Source: the human T2T-CHM13v2.0 reference genome, Homo sapiens
Length of the DNA: 64,000 nucleotides
Assembly (NCBI RefSeq): GCF_009914755.1
Contig: NC_060944.1
Direction: 5' to 3' (one strand)
Part shown: positions 24,501-44,793 of the stretch, piece by piece
Layout: each line of letters opens with the position of its first letter
Position numbering within the stretch: the stretch's first letter is position 1
Notes under the pieces: generated by a model
The model's input: the letters and a program-made list of their open reading frames with translations, nothing else
Told to the model about the DNA's origin: nothing
Databases searched by the model: none
Position numbers and translations under genes: made by a program

Positions 24501-27500
24501 CTTCAACACCCTACTGAGAGTGTTAGACAAATCACTGAGGCAGAAAATTAACCAAAAAATCCTGGACTTCAACTCAACGTTTGACCAACTAGACCTAACA
24601 GACACCTACAAAATATTCCACCCAACAACAACAGAATATAACTTCCTTCTTCTCTTTGGCACGTGGAACATATTCCAAGATTGACCACATGCTCAGTCAT
24701 AAAGCAAGTCTCAATAAATTTAAAAAAGTCATGCTGAGCCCATTCTCAGGCCACAGTTTAATAAAAATAGAAATGAATATCAAGAAGATCTCTTAAAATT
24801 ACACAAATACATAGAAATGCTCCTGATACCTGGGTAAACATCAAATTACAGCAGAAAATTAAAAAATTATCTGAATTTTTTATTAAAATAGGGACACAAT
24901 TTACCGAAATATCTGTGATACAGCCAAAGCAGTGTTAAGGGAAATTTATAGTGCTAAACGTCATCATCAAGAAGTTAGAAAGATCTCAGATTAACCATCA
25001 AAGTTTGCACCTAGAACTAGAAAGAAAAGAACAAACCAACCCCAAAGCTAGCAGAAGAAAAAAAATTACTAAAATTAGAAAAGAACTGAAAAAAATTGAG
25101 ATGCAAAATTCCATAGAAAGGACCAATAAAGCCAAAAGGTGGTTTTTTGAAAGAATAAAAAAGGTTGATAGACTGCTAGCTACATAACCATGAAGAAAAA
25201 AGAAGACCCAAATAAATACAATAAAAAATGAAGAAGATGACATTACAATGAATCCCACAGAAATACAAAAGATACTCAGAGATCATTTTGAACAACTCTA
25301 TGCACACAAATTGGAAAATCTAGAGGAAATGGATAAATTCCTGGAAATATAAAACCTCCCAATATTAAAGCCAAAGGAACATGAAAACCTGAACAATCAA
25401 TAAACAAGTTCCTAAACTGAATCAATAATAAAAACCTACCAGCCCAAAAAAACCCTGGAAGAGATGGATTCACAGCCTAATTCTACCAGACATAAAAAGA
25501 ACTGGTATCAATTCTACTGAAACTATTCCAAAAAAATCTAGGAGGAGAGGCTCTTCCCTAACTCAGTCTATGAAGCCAGCATCAGCCAGATACCAAAATC
25601 TGTCAGAGACACAAATAAAGAAAACCTCAGACCAATATCCCTGATTAACATAGATGCAAAAATTTTCAACAAAATACTAGGAAACCAATCCCAGCAACAG
25701 ATCAAAAAATTAATACATCAGAATCAAGTAGGCTTTATTCCTGGGATGCAAGGCTGGCTCAATATATGCAAATCAATAAATGTGATTCACCACATAATCA
25801 GAATTAAAAGCAAAAAAATATGATCATCTCAATAGATGCAGAAAAGGATTTGAAAACAATCCAACGCACCTTAATGATAAAAACCCACAACAGACTAGGC
25901 ACTGAAGGAACATACCGTAAAATAATGAGCCATCTATGACAAACCCATAGCCACGATCATTCTGAACTGGTAAAAGCCGGAACCATTCCCTTTCAGAACT
26001 GCAACAAGACAAGGATGCCCACTCTCACCATGCCTATTCAACATAGTACTGGAAGTGCTACTAGAGCAATCAGGCAAGAAAAAGAAATAAAAGGCATCCA
26101 AATAGGAAAAGAAGAAGTCAAACTATCCCTCATTGCTGATGATATGATTCTACACCTGGAAAACCCCAAATACTCTGGCAAGAGGCTTATAATACTGATG
26201 AACAACTTCTGTAAAGTCTCAGGATACAATATCAATGTCAATGTACATTTCTATACACAATAACCTTCAACCTGAGAGTCCAATCAAGAACACAATCCCA
26301 TTTATAATAGCCATAAAAAATGAAAATCCCTAGGAATACAGCTAACCAAGGAAGTGAAAGGTCTCCACAAGGAGAACTACAAAATACTTCTGCAAGAAAT
26401 CAGAGATGACACAAATAAATATAAACAATTCCATACTCATATATCAAAAAGATCAATGTCATTTAAATGGCTATACATTCCAAAGCAATCTACAGATTCA
26501 ATGCTATTTCTATCAAACTACAAAAACTGCTTTTCACAGAATTATAAAAAAACTATTCTACAATTCATATGGAATCCAAAAAGTACCCAAATCACCAAAG
26601 CAATCCTAAGCAAAAGGAAAAAAGCCAGAGGCATCACATTATCTGACTTCAAACTATATTATAAACCCACAGTAACCAAAACAGCTGATACTGGTACAAA
26701 AATAAACATATCACTAATGGAACAGAATAGACAACCCAGAAATGAAGCCACACACCTACAGACATCTGATCTTTGATAAAGACAACAAAAATAAGCACAG
26801 GGAAAAGACCCCCTATTCAATAAACGGTGCTTGGGTAGCTGGCTAACCATATGCAGAAGAATGAAAGTGGACCCCTGCCCTTCACCATATATAAAAATTA
26901 ACTCCACAAGGATTAAATATTTAAATGTAAGATCTTAAACTATAAGAATCCTGGAAGAAAACCTGGAAATACCCTTCTCAACATCCACGTTGGTAAAGAA
27001 TTCTTGGCTAAGTCTCCAAAAGCAATTGCAACAAAAACAAAAATTGGCAAGTGGGACCTAATTAAACTAAAGAGCTTCTACACAGCAAAAGAAACTCTCA
27101 ACAGAGTAAACAGACAACCTACAGAATGGGAGAAAATATTCGCAAACTATACATCCAATAAAGGTCTAATATCCAGAATCTATAAGGAAATTAATTCAAT
27201 AAGCAAAAAAAAATCCCATTAAAAATGGGCAAAAGTTATAAACAGACACTTCTCAAAAGACATACAAGTGGCCAAAAAACATGAAGAATTCTCATCATCA
27301 CTAATCATCAAAGAAAGGCAAATCAAAGCAATTAGATACCATCTCATACCAGTCAGAATGGCCATTATTCAAAAGTCAAATAATAGCAGAAGCTAGTGAA
27401 GCTGTAGAGAAAAGGAAACACATACACTCTTGGTGGGAACAAAAACTAGTTCTGCCAGTTTGGAAAGCAGTTTGGAGATTTCTTAAGGAACTTAAAAATA

Positions 27501-28062
27501 GAGCTACCATTTGACCCAGAAATCTCATTAGTGGGTATCTATGCAAAAGAAAACAAATCATTCTACCAAAAAGACACATGCAGCCCTATGTTCATCGCAG
27601 CACTATTCCCAATAGTAAAGACATGAAATCAACCTATGTGCTCATCAATCATCAATGGTGGATTGGATAAAGACAATGTGTTACATATTCAACATGAAAT
27701 ACTATGCATCCATAAAAAAGAATGAAATCATGTTTTCTGCAGCAACATGGATGCAGCTGGAGACCATAATTCTAAGCAAATTAATGCAGGAACAGAAAAC
27801 CAAATACTGTATGTTCTCACTTATAAGTAGGAGCAAAACATTGTGTAGTCATCAACATAAAGAAGGAAACAATAGACAATGTGGATTACTAGAGGGAGGA
27901 GGGAGGAAGGGGGGCATGGGCTGATAAACTAACTATTGGGTACTATGCTCACTACCCAAGTGAAAGGAAACATAACCCAAACGACAGCATCACACAATAT
28001 ACCCATGTAACAAACCTGTACTTGTATCCCATGTATCTAAAATAAAAGTTGAAGTTATAAAG
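21590..28062 (+). mobile_element. Near full-length old L1 (L1PA16/L1PB-like), decayed, nested in an older antisense L1
   Basis: GC-rich 5'UTR (21590-22900), degenerate ORF1 (~22940-23860) and ORF2 (~23890-27820), 3'UTR with aataaa; older L1 resumes at ~28068. Confidence 0.9.
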
Positions 28063-28126
28063 AAAAATAAGTGTTAGAGTTTATTTCTTGGCTCACAATT
28101 CTACTCCATTGTTATATATGTTTAGC

Positions 28127-28711
28127 TGTACTGAGGGGTCTCCAAGATCACCCTCAAGTTTGATGACTCACTAGAAAAACTCACCAGACCTATAAAAACG
28201 ATTATACTCATGGTTACAGCTTAATACAGTTAGGAGATACAGATTAAAGTCAGCAAAGGTAAAAGGTGCACAGAGTGATGCCTAGGAAAAAACAGGTATG
28301 AGCTTTCAGTTGTACTCTTCCTCCAGAATCACACGAATAGAACTCAATTCTTCCAACCATAAGGTATGACAATAAGTGCAAAATGGTGCCAGCCATTTTC
28401 AGTGGGAGTCAATCACATAAGCATGAAGCATCCCCAAGACTGAATTTAGCTACTCAATCTTCAGCCCCTAACCTTAGGAGTCAAGCTAATACCGCTTGGC
28501 CTGAAGCCCCAGTCATAGAAAAAAATATATGATTTATTCACCATAAATCACATTGTTAGCATAAACTATTTGGCATGGGCCAAGTCTCAGGTATACAAAG
28601 ACACTTTATCAGGCAGGATAATTAAAGGGCTCAGAGATTATCTGCCAGGACCTTTGAAATATGCAGGGTTAGGACAACCCCAAATCTTCTGAGTTAACCC
28701 TTTATTACACA
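28127..28711 (-). mobile_element. ERVL-class LTR (MER21/MER77-like)
   Basis: tg...ca termini; ggggtctccaagatcaccctcaagtttgatgactcactagaa and gagttaaccctttattacaca resemble recalled MER21/MER77 ends. Confidence 0.7.
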
Positions 28712-30320
28712 GTCCACCCCATACCCCTTAGCCTAGGCTGTCTTTCAGCAAAACAATTCTATATTTCTGAGCATCTGCATTTAGTATAGCATTTATATAA
28801 CAGATCTAGAAATAGTATCAGTATGAAGAAAGATCTCTAGTTATAGTAGATAAAATATAGCAGTGGAAGGCCCAGCATACTATGGTTGTGCTATGCTCAA
28901 AAACATTTGGAGGAGCTAGTGTGGGGTAGGGATAAAGATTTTAAAAACAACTAATCTATCTCATAAAGCCATTACATACATTTTCATATTTTTGTACTGA
29001 TTTGTTACTTGTTTCTCCCCTTGATCTACCACTTTAATCTTACAGCTGCAGAATTATTTAGCCTAGAAATTAGTTTATGGTTAACTAAATCCAATTCTTC
29101 CTTAGGCTAGTCATTTTCCATTGGTAATACATCCTGAGAAGGCTTAACTCAATCTCTCAATACATTTGATCATCAGTATCAGTACCATCCTATGACTTAT
29201 TTAATAAGGTGGCTGAATCTTACCAACAATAATAGTGTCACACTGTATAGCAATATAGTCATGGAACAATTTAGTTTCATTCATAGAACAAATTAGTAAG
29301 ACTTACGTAAGTTTTGCTATGCCTTCCCAACAGAAACAGTCCTTGCTTATATACAAGATATACTTATGGACAAGCATTGTTATAATTGTTAGAATGATTT
29401 GATTATTTCTGGCTTCCATGTCAACGGAGGACAAAGACAGCCACCCCGTTTTAGTTTTCAAGCTTGGACAGAGACTGGTTTCCATTGTGTGATTTTCTAG
29501 AGCAGGACTTCCCCACCCTCCTATGGGAGGTCACAGGTGATATTCAGATAGCTTCAGTCCCTACTAACTGTACTGCAGAATATGTCTTATTCTGAAGCTC
29601 TAATGGGGCAAGAATAATTTGTAGTGCATCAATGCACATTTACAAATGCCCTGAGAGGTCTTTCATAAGTTTGAAGGCCCATGAGATTCCCATAAGTGTG
29701 TCCCTTTTTCCTCAGCAACTAGGATGTAGTGCTATTTCCCCATGGTTACTTTGACCTTCATCTGTAATTAAAACAGTCAAAAGGCACTGTTGGGTCAGGG
29801 TACAAGCCCTTTCCCAACGTTGGATCTTAGCATTATCTAGCATTATTTTTGAGTCTACTTGTTTCATTTTAATAAAGCCTCATCACTTTCTCAGGATGAC
29901 CCTCATCTTTTGCCTTCCTCCTAGAAAAGAATTCTCTCCAATCTGCTCATTTTAGTTCAGTAATATTTCCTCTAGACTTCACTAAAAGGGAATTCAGCTT
30001 GTCCCATGATGCCTGAACTGACACCTAATGCCCCTAAAAAGTCTGTTTTATGCACAAATGTAGTTTAATTCACCATGCATGTTGTTGGCATTGTATACTT
30101 ATGGCCCAAGTGCAGTTAGCATATGTGGTTTTTACCCCAAAATGCGGGTTCTTCATATATAGATTAGATGAATTGTAGTCAAACTAGATCTAATTTAGTT
30201 TTTAGTATGTTTTAATGCCTTTCATAATCTTTTTTGTCTCAGGGTGGGGCCATTACCCCAGGGGAATTCAAGTCACCGTGTAATGGCTACTGCTTTAATC
30301 CCATCATGTATTAATTGCCG
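28712..30320 (-). mobile_element. Probable ERVL internal remnant
   Basis: Minus-strand polypurine tract aggggtatggggtggac abuts the LTR TG. Confidence 0.45.
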
Positions 30321-30324
30321 TTCT

Positions 30325-32680
<2,356 letters not shown>

Positions 32681-33351
32681 TCTTTTACTGTTAATTTTCA
32701 GAGTTTTATATTTTATTTATTATGTGTAGTCTGCAAATACATTCTTTAAGGTTATTGCTTGTCTTTTTATTTTCTTAACAGGGTCTTTTGCAGAGCAAAT
32801 TTTAAGACTTTGATGAAGTTAAATTTGTCAATTACTTTTTATGGATTGGGCTTTTTGTGTCATGTCTAAAACCTCATAACCAAGCATTAAGCTCCATAGA
32901 TTTTCTCCTATGTTTTCTTTTAAAAGCTTTATGGTTTTACATCTTACATGTGATTCTATGACCAATTTTGAGGGCTTTTTTTTCATGTATGTGGGGTGTT
33001 TAGGTAAGTTAATTTTTTTTAACCTGTGGATATGCAACTGTTCCATCACCTATATTTAAAAAGATTATTCTTCCTTCATTTAATTGGTTTTATATCTTTG
33101 TAAAAAAAATCAATTGGCTATACTAGTATGGTTCTACTTCCGGATTCTGTATTCTTTTCCATTCATGTATGTGTCCATTCCTCTGCTAATACAAATCTTG
33201 GTTACTGAAGCTATACAACAACTTTCATAATTGGGTAGAATTAATTTCTCCGACTTTATTCTATTTTTTCAAGATTGACTAATCCATTCTAGCTATTTTG
33301 CCTTTCCATATAAATTACAGAATAATCTGTGTATATTTAGAAATATCTTGA

Positions 33352-36300
33352 TGGCAGTTTCAAGATGGCTGACTAGAAGCAGCTAGCGTGTGCTACTCAC
33401 GGAGAGGAAACAAAGTAGCGAGTAAATAGTGGCTTTTCAAGTGGATCGTCTGGGAGACCACATCAGGATTCACCAAGGAAGTGAGGGAATCCTCAGAGAG
33501 CAGAGAGTGAAGCCTGGCAGCAGCCGCTCACCCGGGACCAGTGTGGAGCAAGAGAAATTCCCTAACATGGGGAAAGGGTGAGTAAGTGAGAGTCCTCAGG
33601 GGATCCACATGGATCTTTGCAATCCTGTGCACAGGAGAACCCCTTGGCCCCTATAGGCCTCTAGATCGACACAACATCCTGGAGTTTGTGTAGACGCACT
33701 GCTAAGGGCCATGTGGAGCCCCACAGGCCCTGGATCCCTGATCAACCTGGTGCCAGCTGCCATAGCCCTGATAGGGGCTGCAGTCATGGTGCTGAGGAGT
33801 GGTCAGACTGCCCTGCTCCTCCTCACCAGGCAAGGCTCGGCTTTGGCTTCCAGTGCAACAGTCTGCCTCCACCTGAACTCTGCATGTGGGCACACTCTAC
33901 ACTCCCCTGGGAACCACTCAGATGGCGGATTGTGTGACTCCCATTCCCCTGCTGCTCCGAGCCAGGCAAGGCTAGCTGGTTTGGGCTTCAACACAGCACC
34001 TCTGCCCCTACCTGAACACTGTAGTGGGTTGCAGCTTTCCATTCCCCTGGGGCAAAACTCACAGAGGTAACAGATAATGCCTGGCACCTTTGTGTGTTGC
34101 TAATAGTGAAGTTCAACATTATTGGATAGGAGGGAGGTGCAAGCATGCCAGGCATTCCACAGCTTCCAGTCTCCATTGCCCCAGCTAAGGGATGGCATGC
34201 TCTCCAGTTAAAGGCCCACAGCACAACTGTCCTGCCCCTGCCTGAACATTTCACCTGCGACCCAGAGCCTTTCCGAAAACCCACCCACCACAGGCCTGTG
34301 ATATTCTTCTGGGTTCCCACCACCCAAGAATCCCACCTTCCCCTGCCTGAGAGTTTGGCTGGTGACCCAGGGACCAGCCTGAACCCCACCCCCACCCCAT
34401 TACAGTCAGCACCTGAAATCTGGGATAGATAACCCCAGTCCAGCCCCTTCAGGGCCATGCACACTGTCCAGCAGGCCTTCTGGAGGCCTGTCAGCTGAGA
34501 AACTATCAATACCCTTCCAGTGCTGTTGGCACCTGACCAATTTCCTCAGGGCCTGAGGTTGGGCCTACCCAACCAGCAAACACCACCATGACCAACACCG
34601 ACCTGCACGGACCCAAAGGTGGAGACCTTCCTTCTCAAAAAGCAGCAGTAATGCCCCATCATAGAATAAGTGAGCCTTAAAGCTATCTGTATCAGGTTGA
34701 GTGATGAGGTTATACCCTGAACGACTCTCATGGAGAATCATAAAACAAGTGTTCCCTGTGGCCCTCAACCACATTGCAGTCCAGAGATAGACTATAGTGT
34801 GCATCTGAACTAGGAGTCATGAGCCCTGAAACAGGGTGTGATAAGGAAACAGATCACATTTCTACCTACCTAGGATGGGGAGCTGGTGCAGTCTTCTCGC
34901 CCACAAGCCCCTATAGAGACCTCAGTGCAGGAGTTGCTCCCAGCCACGCTCATCAGAGCTGGTGCCTGTGCTTGCCATTGGTATACTAATGGGCAAGCCA
35001 GGGGCACCAGCTCTTCTCAGCTCTGTCCCACCATCCCCACAGAACAAGAAGCTCAGTACATCAGGCACCCCCACTGTCCAGCCCTTCACCTGAAACAACT
35101 GAGAGCCCCTAATAGTAAAAAAAGATCAGATCTATACCCATCTGTTTATGGGACAGCTGGCTGTTACTTGCAAATGTCATCTACCGGTCTATAGGTCAAA
35201 CTGGACAGCCCATCAAAAAACCTGCTGGTAGAAGTGTGTAGGACTATAGAAACAAAGCCAAAAGCCCTACCCAACACAATCCCCTCCAGATAAGAAGGAA
35301 CTAGTATAAGAATTCTGCTGTCATGAAAAATCTGAATGTGTGACACCAACAAGGTTCACTCTAGCTCTCCAGGAGTGGTCCTAGCCAAAATAGAAGCTGA
35401 GAGATGACAGATGGAGAATTCAAAGCATAGATTGCAGGAAAATTCTTTGAGATTCAAGATAAGGTTGAAAATCAACACAAAGAAACCTGTAAAGCAATCC
35501 AGAGAATAAAGGAAGAGGTAAACTCTTAAAAATAAATCTATCAGAGCTACTGAAAGTGAAAAACTCACTTAAGACATTCCGAAATTCAATGAAAAGTTTT
35601 ATCAATAGACTAGATGTAGCAGAAGAAAGAATTTCAGAGCTTGAAGATCAGTCTTTCAAACTAACCCAGTCAGACAAAATAAAGAAAAAGTTATTTTGAA
35701 AAATGAACCAAATCTTCAAGAAATATGGGATTATGTAAAGTGACCAAACCTATGAATTACTGGCATTCTCAAGAGAGAAAGAGGAAAAAGTAAACAACCT
35801 AGAAAGCATATTTGAGGGAATAATTCAAGAAAATTTCCTTTATCTTGCTAGAGAGGTAGACATCCAGATACAATAAATTCACAGAACACCTGCAAGATGC
35901 TATACAAAGTGAACATCATCAAGACATAGGGTCATCAGACAGTCTAAGGTCAATTCTAAAGAAAAAATCTTGAAGGCAGCCTAGAGAAAAGTGTCAGATG
36001 AGTTACAAAGGTGAGCCCATCTGGCTAACAGCAGACTTATCAGCAGAAACCCTACAATCCCAAAGAGACTGGGGGCCTATTTAAAGAATTCTCAAAGAAA
36101 AGAAACTCCAAGCAAGAATTTCATACCCTGCCAAACTAAGCTTTATAAGTGAAGGAGAAATAAGATCTTTTTCAGACAAGCAATCACTAAGGCAATTTAT
36201 TGCCACTAGACCAGCCTTACAAGAGATCCTTAAGGGAGTTGGAGTTCTAAACATAAAGATGGAAGAACAATATCTGCCACCACAAAACCACACCTAAGTA

Positions 36301-36520
36301 CATAGCACATAGACCCTTTAAAGCTATTACACAATAGGAACTATAAAGCAACCAGCTTACAATTTCATGACAGGATCAAAATCTCACATATCAATATTAA
36401 CCTTGAATGTAAATGGTCTTAACACCCCACTTAAAGGCACAGAGTGGCAAGTTGGATCATAAAATAAGACCCATCCATCTGTTGTGTTCAAGAGACCCAT
36501 CTCACATGTAATGACTACTA
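33352..36520 (+). mobile_element. L1 5' portion (long 5'UTR, ORF1, start of ORF2), 3'-truncated
   Basis: Starts with caagatggctgactagaagcagc (YY1-like site); ORF1-like ~35400-36300; atgacaggatcaaaa ORF2 start at ~36367; ends abruptly. Confidence 0.85.
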
Positions 36521-39500
36521 CACTAATTTTATCGGGTTTTTTTCCCCATTGCTTATAAGTTTCATTTTATGGTATGTTATTTTGATTGTATGCCAAACAT
36601 TGGGTAAATGGGTTTTGGAGACTCCAAGTGATGTTATCTTCAAACATAAAAGGTCCTCCCTTTCTCCAGATAGCAAAGAGATAAGGACATGACTAATTCA
36701 ATATAACAAGGCATTAAGCTGATTCAGGGCTGGGTTTCAGTATTAGTAATGATTCCAACCACATCTAGTTTGGTCCTGTTTCTCAGGAATAGCCCTCCAG
36801 GCTTTTTCTTCAGGGTCTGTTTGGTCTCAGTATCTTCAGCCCAAAAAAACAATGAGGGAATTCTAGCTCTGTTCTTTATGGTTTTCAAACATTGCTCTTC
36901 AGCCTCCTGATTCAGGCACTTCTGTAATGTCTCAAGGGGGAGACTATCTGTGTGCTTGAGGTAGGCTCCATATCACTATCATATCTGTTTCCTAAGCACT
37001 ACAAGAGTACAAGAAATCTCTTACTGCCTTTCGGAAGTTTCAGCTGAGCTTTCCAACCTCTCACAAAGCTCTACTTTTCCAATGCTCCATTGGGGGGACT
37101 AAAATTTGGGGCACCTGAAATTCCAATTTGTAATTCCTAGAATCTCTGCTACTTCTGCTGATTCAATTACCTCCCAGAAAGCCTTTCTTTCTGGGCCAAG
37201 CCTGATTTCCCGTCTGTCCCAAACTGACAAAGGCACCCATGGGGGAAATGGCTGGCAATTATTGACCTACTCCAGAAACAGAAAGCCTGTTCTGTTCTCT
37301 CTTTAGAATATCAACTCTTCTAGTACCAGTAATTTCTCTGGTTCTCTAATGCCTTGGAAATATTATTTTAATAAAAATCAAGCTTTTCTAGGTTTTGTAT
37401 CAAAGGCATTGCTTTTCTGTGATTTACTGATTTCTCCCCAAGAACAGAACTTCTCAGGTCCATTTAATCTTAACTTAATTGCTGTTATGTTTGGCTTTAA
37501 ATTGGCCATTGTTTAACGTGATTTACATTTTCCTGAGTTTTCTATATTTCTCTTTTTTCTCCTTTCTTTTAATCTTTCTGTATAAACCAGATGTTCTTTA
37601 ATTCCATTTTCCTCCCCACTAGTTTTTAATGTATTCTCCTTTTCTATTCATCATCACTCTAGAAATGAAGACATACATTCTTAACCTATCAATATCTAAT
37701 ATTAACCAAAAATGTGTATTTCTCCTCAGACAATGCATGGAATACAACTCCATTTCACCTGCCTCCAGTTTATATTCTATTGCTTTATTTTACTTTCATA
37801 TAATACTAAGACAATATTATTGCATGCGTGACAATTATAGGTAGTTCTATTTTCTGGGTGACTCCAACAAGTTATCATTATAAAGTAACCCATTTTCCTC
37901 TAAGATAATTTTTGCCTTAAATACTATTTTGTTCAATACTAAGAAGTAAGATAACTTCCTTTTGTTGGTATTTGCATGTTAAGTTTTTTTCCCATATTTC
38001 CACTTTCAATCTTCTCCGTATCTTGTTTTTACATTTATCTGTTGTAAATAGCATCTAATTTTTCATCCAGTCTAGCAACTAGAGTTAATCCATAAATTTA
38101 CCAATCTCTGAATAATATATGGAACATAGACCACTTTAATTCTATTTAACGCTCCCAATTGATTCTATTTTCAGAATTTTGATATTTAATTATGTTTTTA
38201 ATCTTATAAAACATCTTTATTTAATTCTGCCAGTTTAATCCACTTTTATCCCTTTTTTTGTTGCTTCTTCATCACATACTTTCCATGTGTGGTCATTTTT
38301 TTAAACTAAAGAACATCCTTTAGAATTTCCTTTCATGAGATCTGCTATCTCTATCTGAAAAGGTTGTATTTATATTTTCTTCTTAAAATATTTTTGTGGA
38401 TATGGATTTCTAGGATGACATTTACTTTGAAAAATACGTTGAAGAGCTCAGTCCATTGGATTATGGCTTCTATTGTTTGTGGTGAAAAATTACCTGTCAG
38501 TGTAACAATTACTCTATCAAAAGTATGGTTTCTGTTTTTCCCTCTGACTGTTTCCCACTTTTCTCTTTGTCATTTTATCTAGATGACAATTCTTATTTAT
38601 TTTCTAGAATAGTATTTCTTAGATTATTTCTGAAAAAAAAGAAGATTTATTATCTTTTCAAATTTATGTAGCTTTTTGTAATTCTTTTTCTTTAATTTTC
38701 TTTCTCCTTCTCTTTGAAAATCTTATTAATCAGATATTGGCTCTCCTGGATTGACACTCTGTGTCTTATATATTTTGCTCATACTTTCCACTTGTTTTTA
38801 GACTTCAAAGATTTTCTCACTTTATCTTCAAATGTGCCTGCTAAACAATCATTTTTCTAATTTCCAAAAGTTTACTACTTCTCCTTACATAGCATGATAT
38901 TATTGCTTTATGGATGGAATACACTCTTGAAACTCCAGCCCCTAAATAATAGTTATTCTAATGTGCCTTTCTTCATTTATTTTCAGTCATGTTAAAGATT
39001 TTCTCAAATAGATAGCCAGCCTAGATTGTTTATTCATATTTTACATATATACTGAGCCATTTTATGTGTGCAAACTTGTCCACAGCTTTTGTTTTAAAAT
39101 GCTTGAACTGTGAAGATAGAAAAGACATGTTTGCTGGAATGCATAATACTGAAGTTTACTTCTCATAGTCTTTCTTTAGAAGTTATCGCCTAGGCAGAAA
39201 AAGAAAGTAACTAAAAAAAAAGAAAACACAATTTCCAGGTATATCTGTGCCAACTCAGGTGACTAGTAAAACAAAATTCTAAGATGACATCTGTATAGCC
39301 TACATAGGAAGCAACCAGTTCACATTATAGAAGGAAGAATGAATGTTCCAGAGACAAAATATAGTTACAATACACCCTCATCTATTGTAGTAAAAAAAAA
39401 AAAAAGCTGAAGTCTAAATTACACAAATGTAGCAGCATAATACTATTAAATAATAAGTAATTTAATATTCTATTTCATGGCATTATTTTACAGGAGCACT

Positions 39501-39872
39501 ATTTGATCATCTTCTCTTTATCACACATACTTCTTCCATTTATCTTACAGTATCTTTACATAAACACTAAAATAGTTATACTCAGATTGTACACTTTTGA
39601 AGGGAGTTAGCCTATTTGTGTCAATTATTTACTAAAACAAAGCTAAATAACAGCAACAAAAAAGCCTTGTTGGAACAGGGACCAGGGGAATGATCAGAGC
39701 AATAAGTAGCTTGCATGAAAATATTATTAACTCTGAATACTTTCTCATTAACATTAACAGTGTGTCCTGCCTGTATATTTAATCCATTTAGAATTAAACT
39801 ATTAATATATTGTGTCCTAGGATGGCAGAGTTATTAAGCAGCCCCTGTATGCTCCAGGGGATATAGGTTGAT

Positions 39873-39918
39873 ATTCTTCAGCTGTCAAAATTCTTCAGCT
39901 GTCAAAATTCTTCAGCTG
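39873..39918. repeat. 17-bp tandem repeat x2.7 (attcttcagctgtcaaa)
   Basis: Perfect copies seen directly. Confidence 0.9.
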
Positions 39919-41599
39919 ACTTAAATCAGCAGTAGTGGCGTTTATCACCAGTCAACAAAGTTCTTCTATCCTCCACTTCTTTAGCCTACTCATCTAATGG
40001 ATGTTGGCACGAACATGAAGTTTCTCTCCTAAATATCTATGATGTTCCACAAATCATGGGATATGCCTGCAGGCTGCCAGCACAATCAGATCTTCATGTT
40101 CCAAGAAAGGGATCATTAGTTTGGCCCTGCAAGATGTGCCACCTTTCTTGGAGAACTGAGTGTGCCACATGCAATCTGCTGAGGCATGAACGTGCTCTTG
40201 GCATTTCTGTTTATTTGCTCCTTATTACACTATATTGTGTCAGAATGATGGTTTGGGTTCAACAGTATGCTCACGTAAGCCACTATTCCAAACTTCCTAA
40301 ACGCACAGTTGTGGAATGTGACACAATTGTTGGCAATGATATTTAAACAGGATATGTGTTTTTGGTGGGGTCTCTGGGAAAAATTACTAAAGGGAGGGGT
40401 GGAGTGATCCAAATATTCAAGTGGTAGACACCCACTTGACTTTGGCCTTCCACTTCCTCCTGTTTGGAATATGGTCATAATGCTGGAGGTAATGCTGCCA
40501 TCTATAACAATGAAGCAAAAACACTGGATAACAGTATGTGAACAGAAGAGTAGAGGGTGACTAGCATGGTGAAGCTGTTATATAATTTCTAGACTTTATG
40601 TTATGTAAGAAAAATAAAACCTGAATTTGTAATAAATGAACAAAATGCCTTTTTCATGTTTTTCTGTTTCATATTACAGCCTATTATACTTTCTAACTGG
40701 CACATCATGGATTATAGATAGAATGTGATTTAGGATTAAACTCTCTTAAGTTTAAAATGTGTAGTTTTCTTCTCTCTTGTTCATTCTCTTACTGCCTCCA
40801 GTTCATTTCAGAGCATATGAAAAGAGACAATAAGGGACTTTTAGCTGGAAGTTTACACTACATTACTGAGTAGGAGGAAAGTAGCTTAATAGTTCTATAA
40901 AGAGTATCATTACAATTTTAAAAATAAACAAAAACATAAATTATATACCTGTAGTCTATCCTGAAAATATTTCCTGAAGTCACAGATTTGGAGTATTGTC
41001 AACTTGTGCATAAACTTCATGAGACCATGGACTATTGTTTTTCTCACTGCTTTATTCCTAGCTCCTTGATCAGAACAGGCAGAGAGAAGATGCACAATAA
41101 ATGAATAAATATAATAAATGAATGTATCCTTTATTACCTACGCAAACACATGCACACAAACACATCTATGAAGTTTTACATGATAGTATAAACACTGCTT
41201 TGGTGGAGGAAGTTACTGATTTTCTTTTAGCTTGTTTTCCACTTTATTTTTCTTTACCAAATAAGTTTCACTTTTGCTATTAGAATATAATAAATAACAG
41301 AAACCACATGAACAAAGTAGCAGCTGAAAAAAAGAAATGGAAAATTCTTAATTCATATATGATTGCCTCTGTGAAACAATGAAAAGTGGTCATCCAATTT
41401 CAGTTTGAACACTTTTTTCCTCATAAAGTCATCCTATACCTTTACTCAAATTTAGTTTTAGGTGCATTAGGAGTTAAAAATAAAACATAAACCCATTTAA
41501 GAACCAAGAGAATTAGTAAGGTAAATTACTTTGGTAAAATGCCCAAGTTCCAGGCTCTGCTGAAGAGAAATTATTGATTCAACCTTAAAATATTTGAAG

Positions 41600-44793
<3,194 letters not shown>

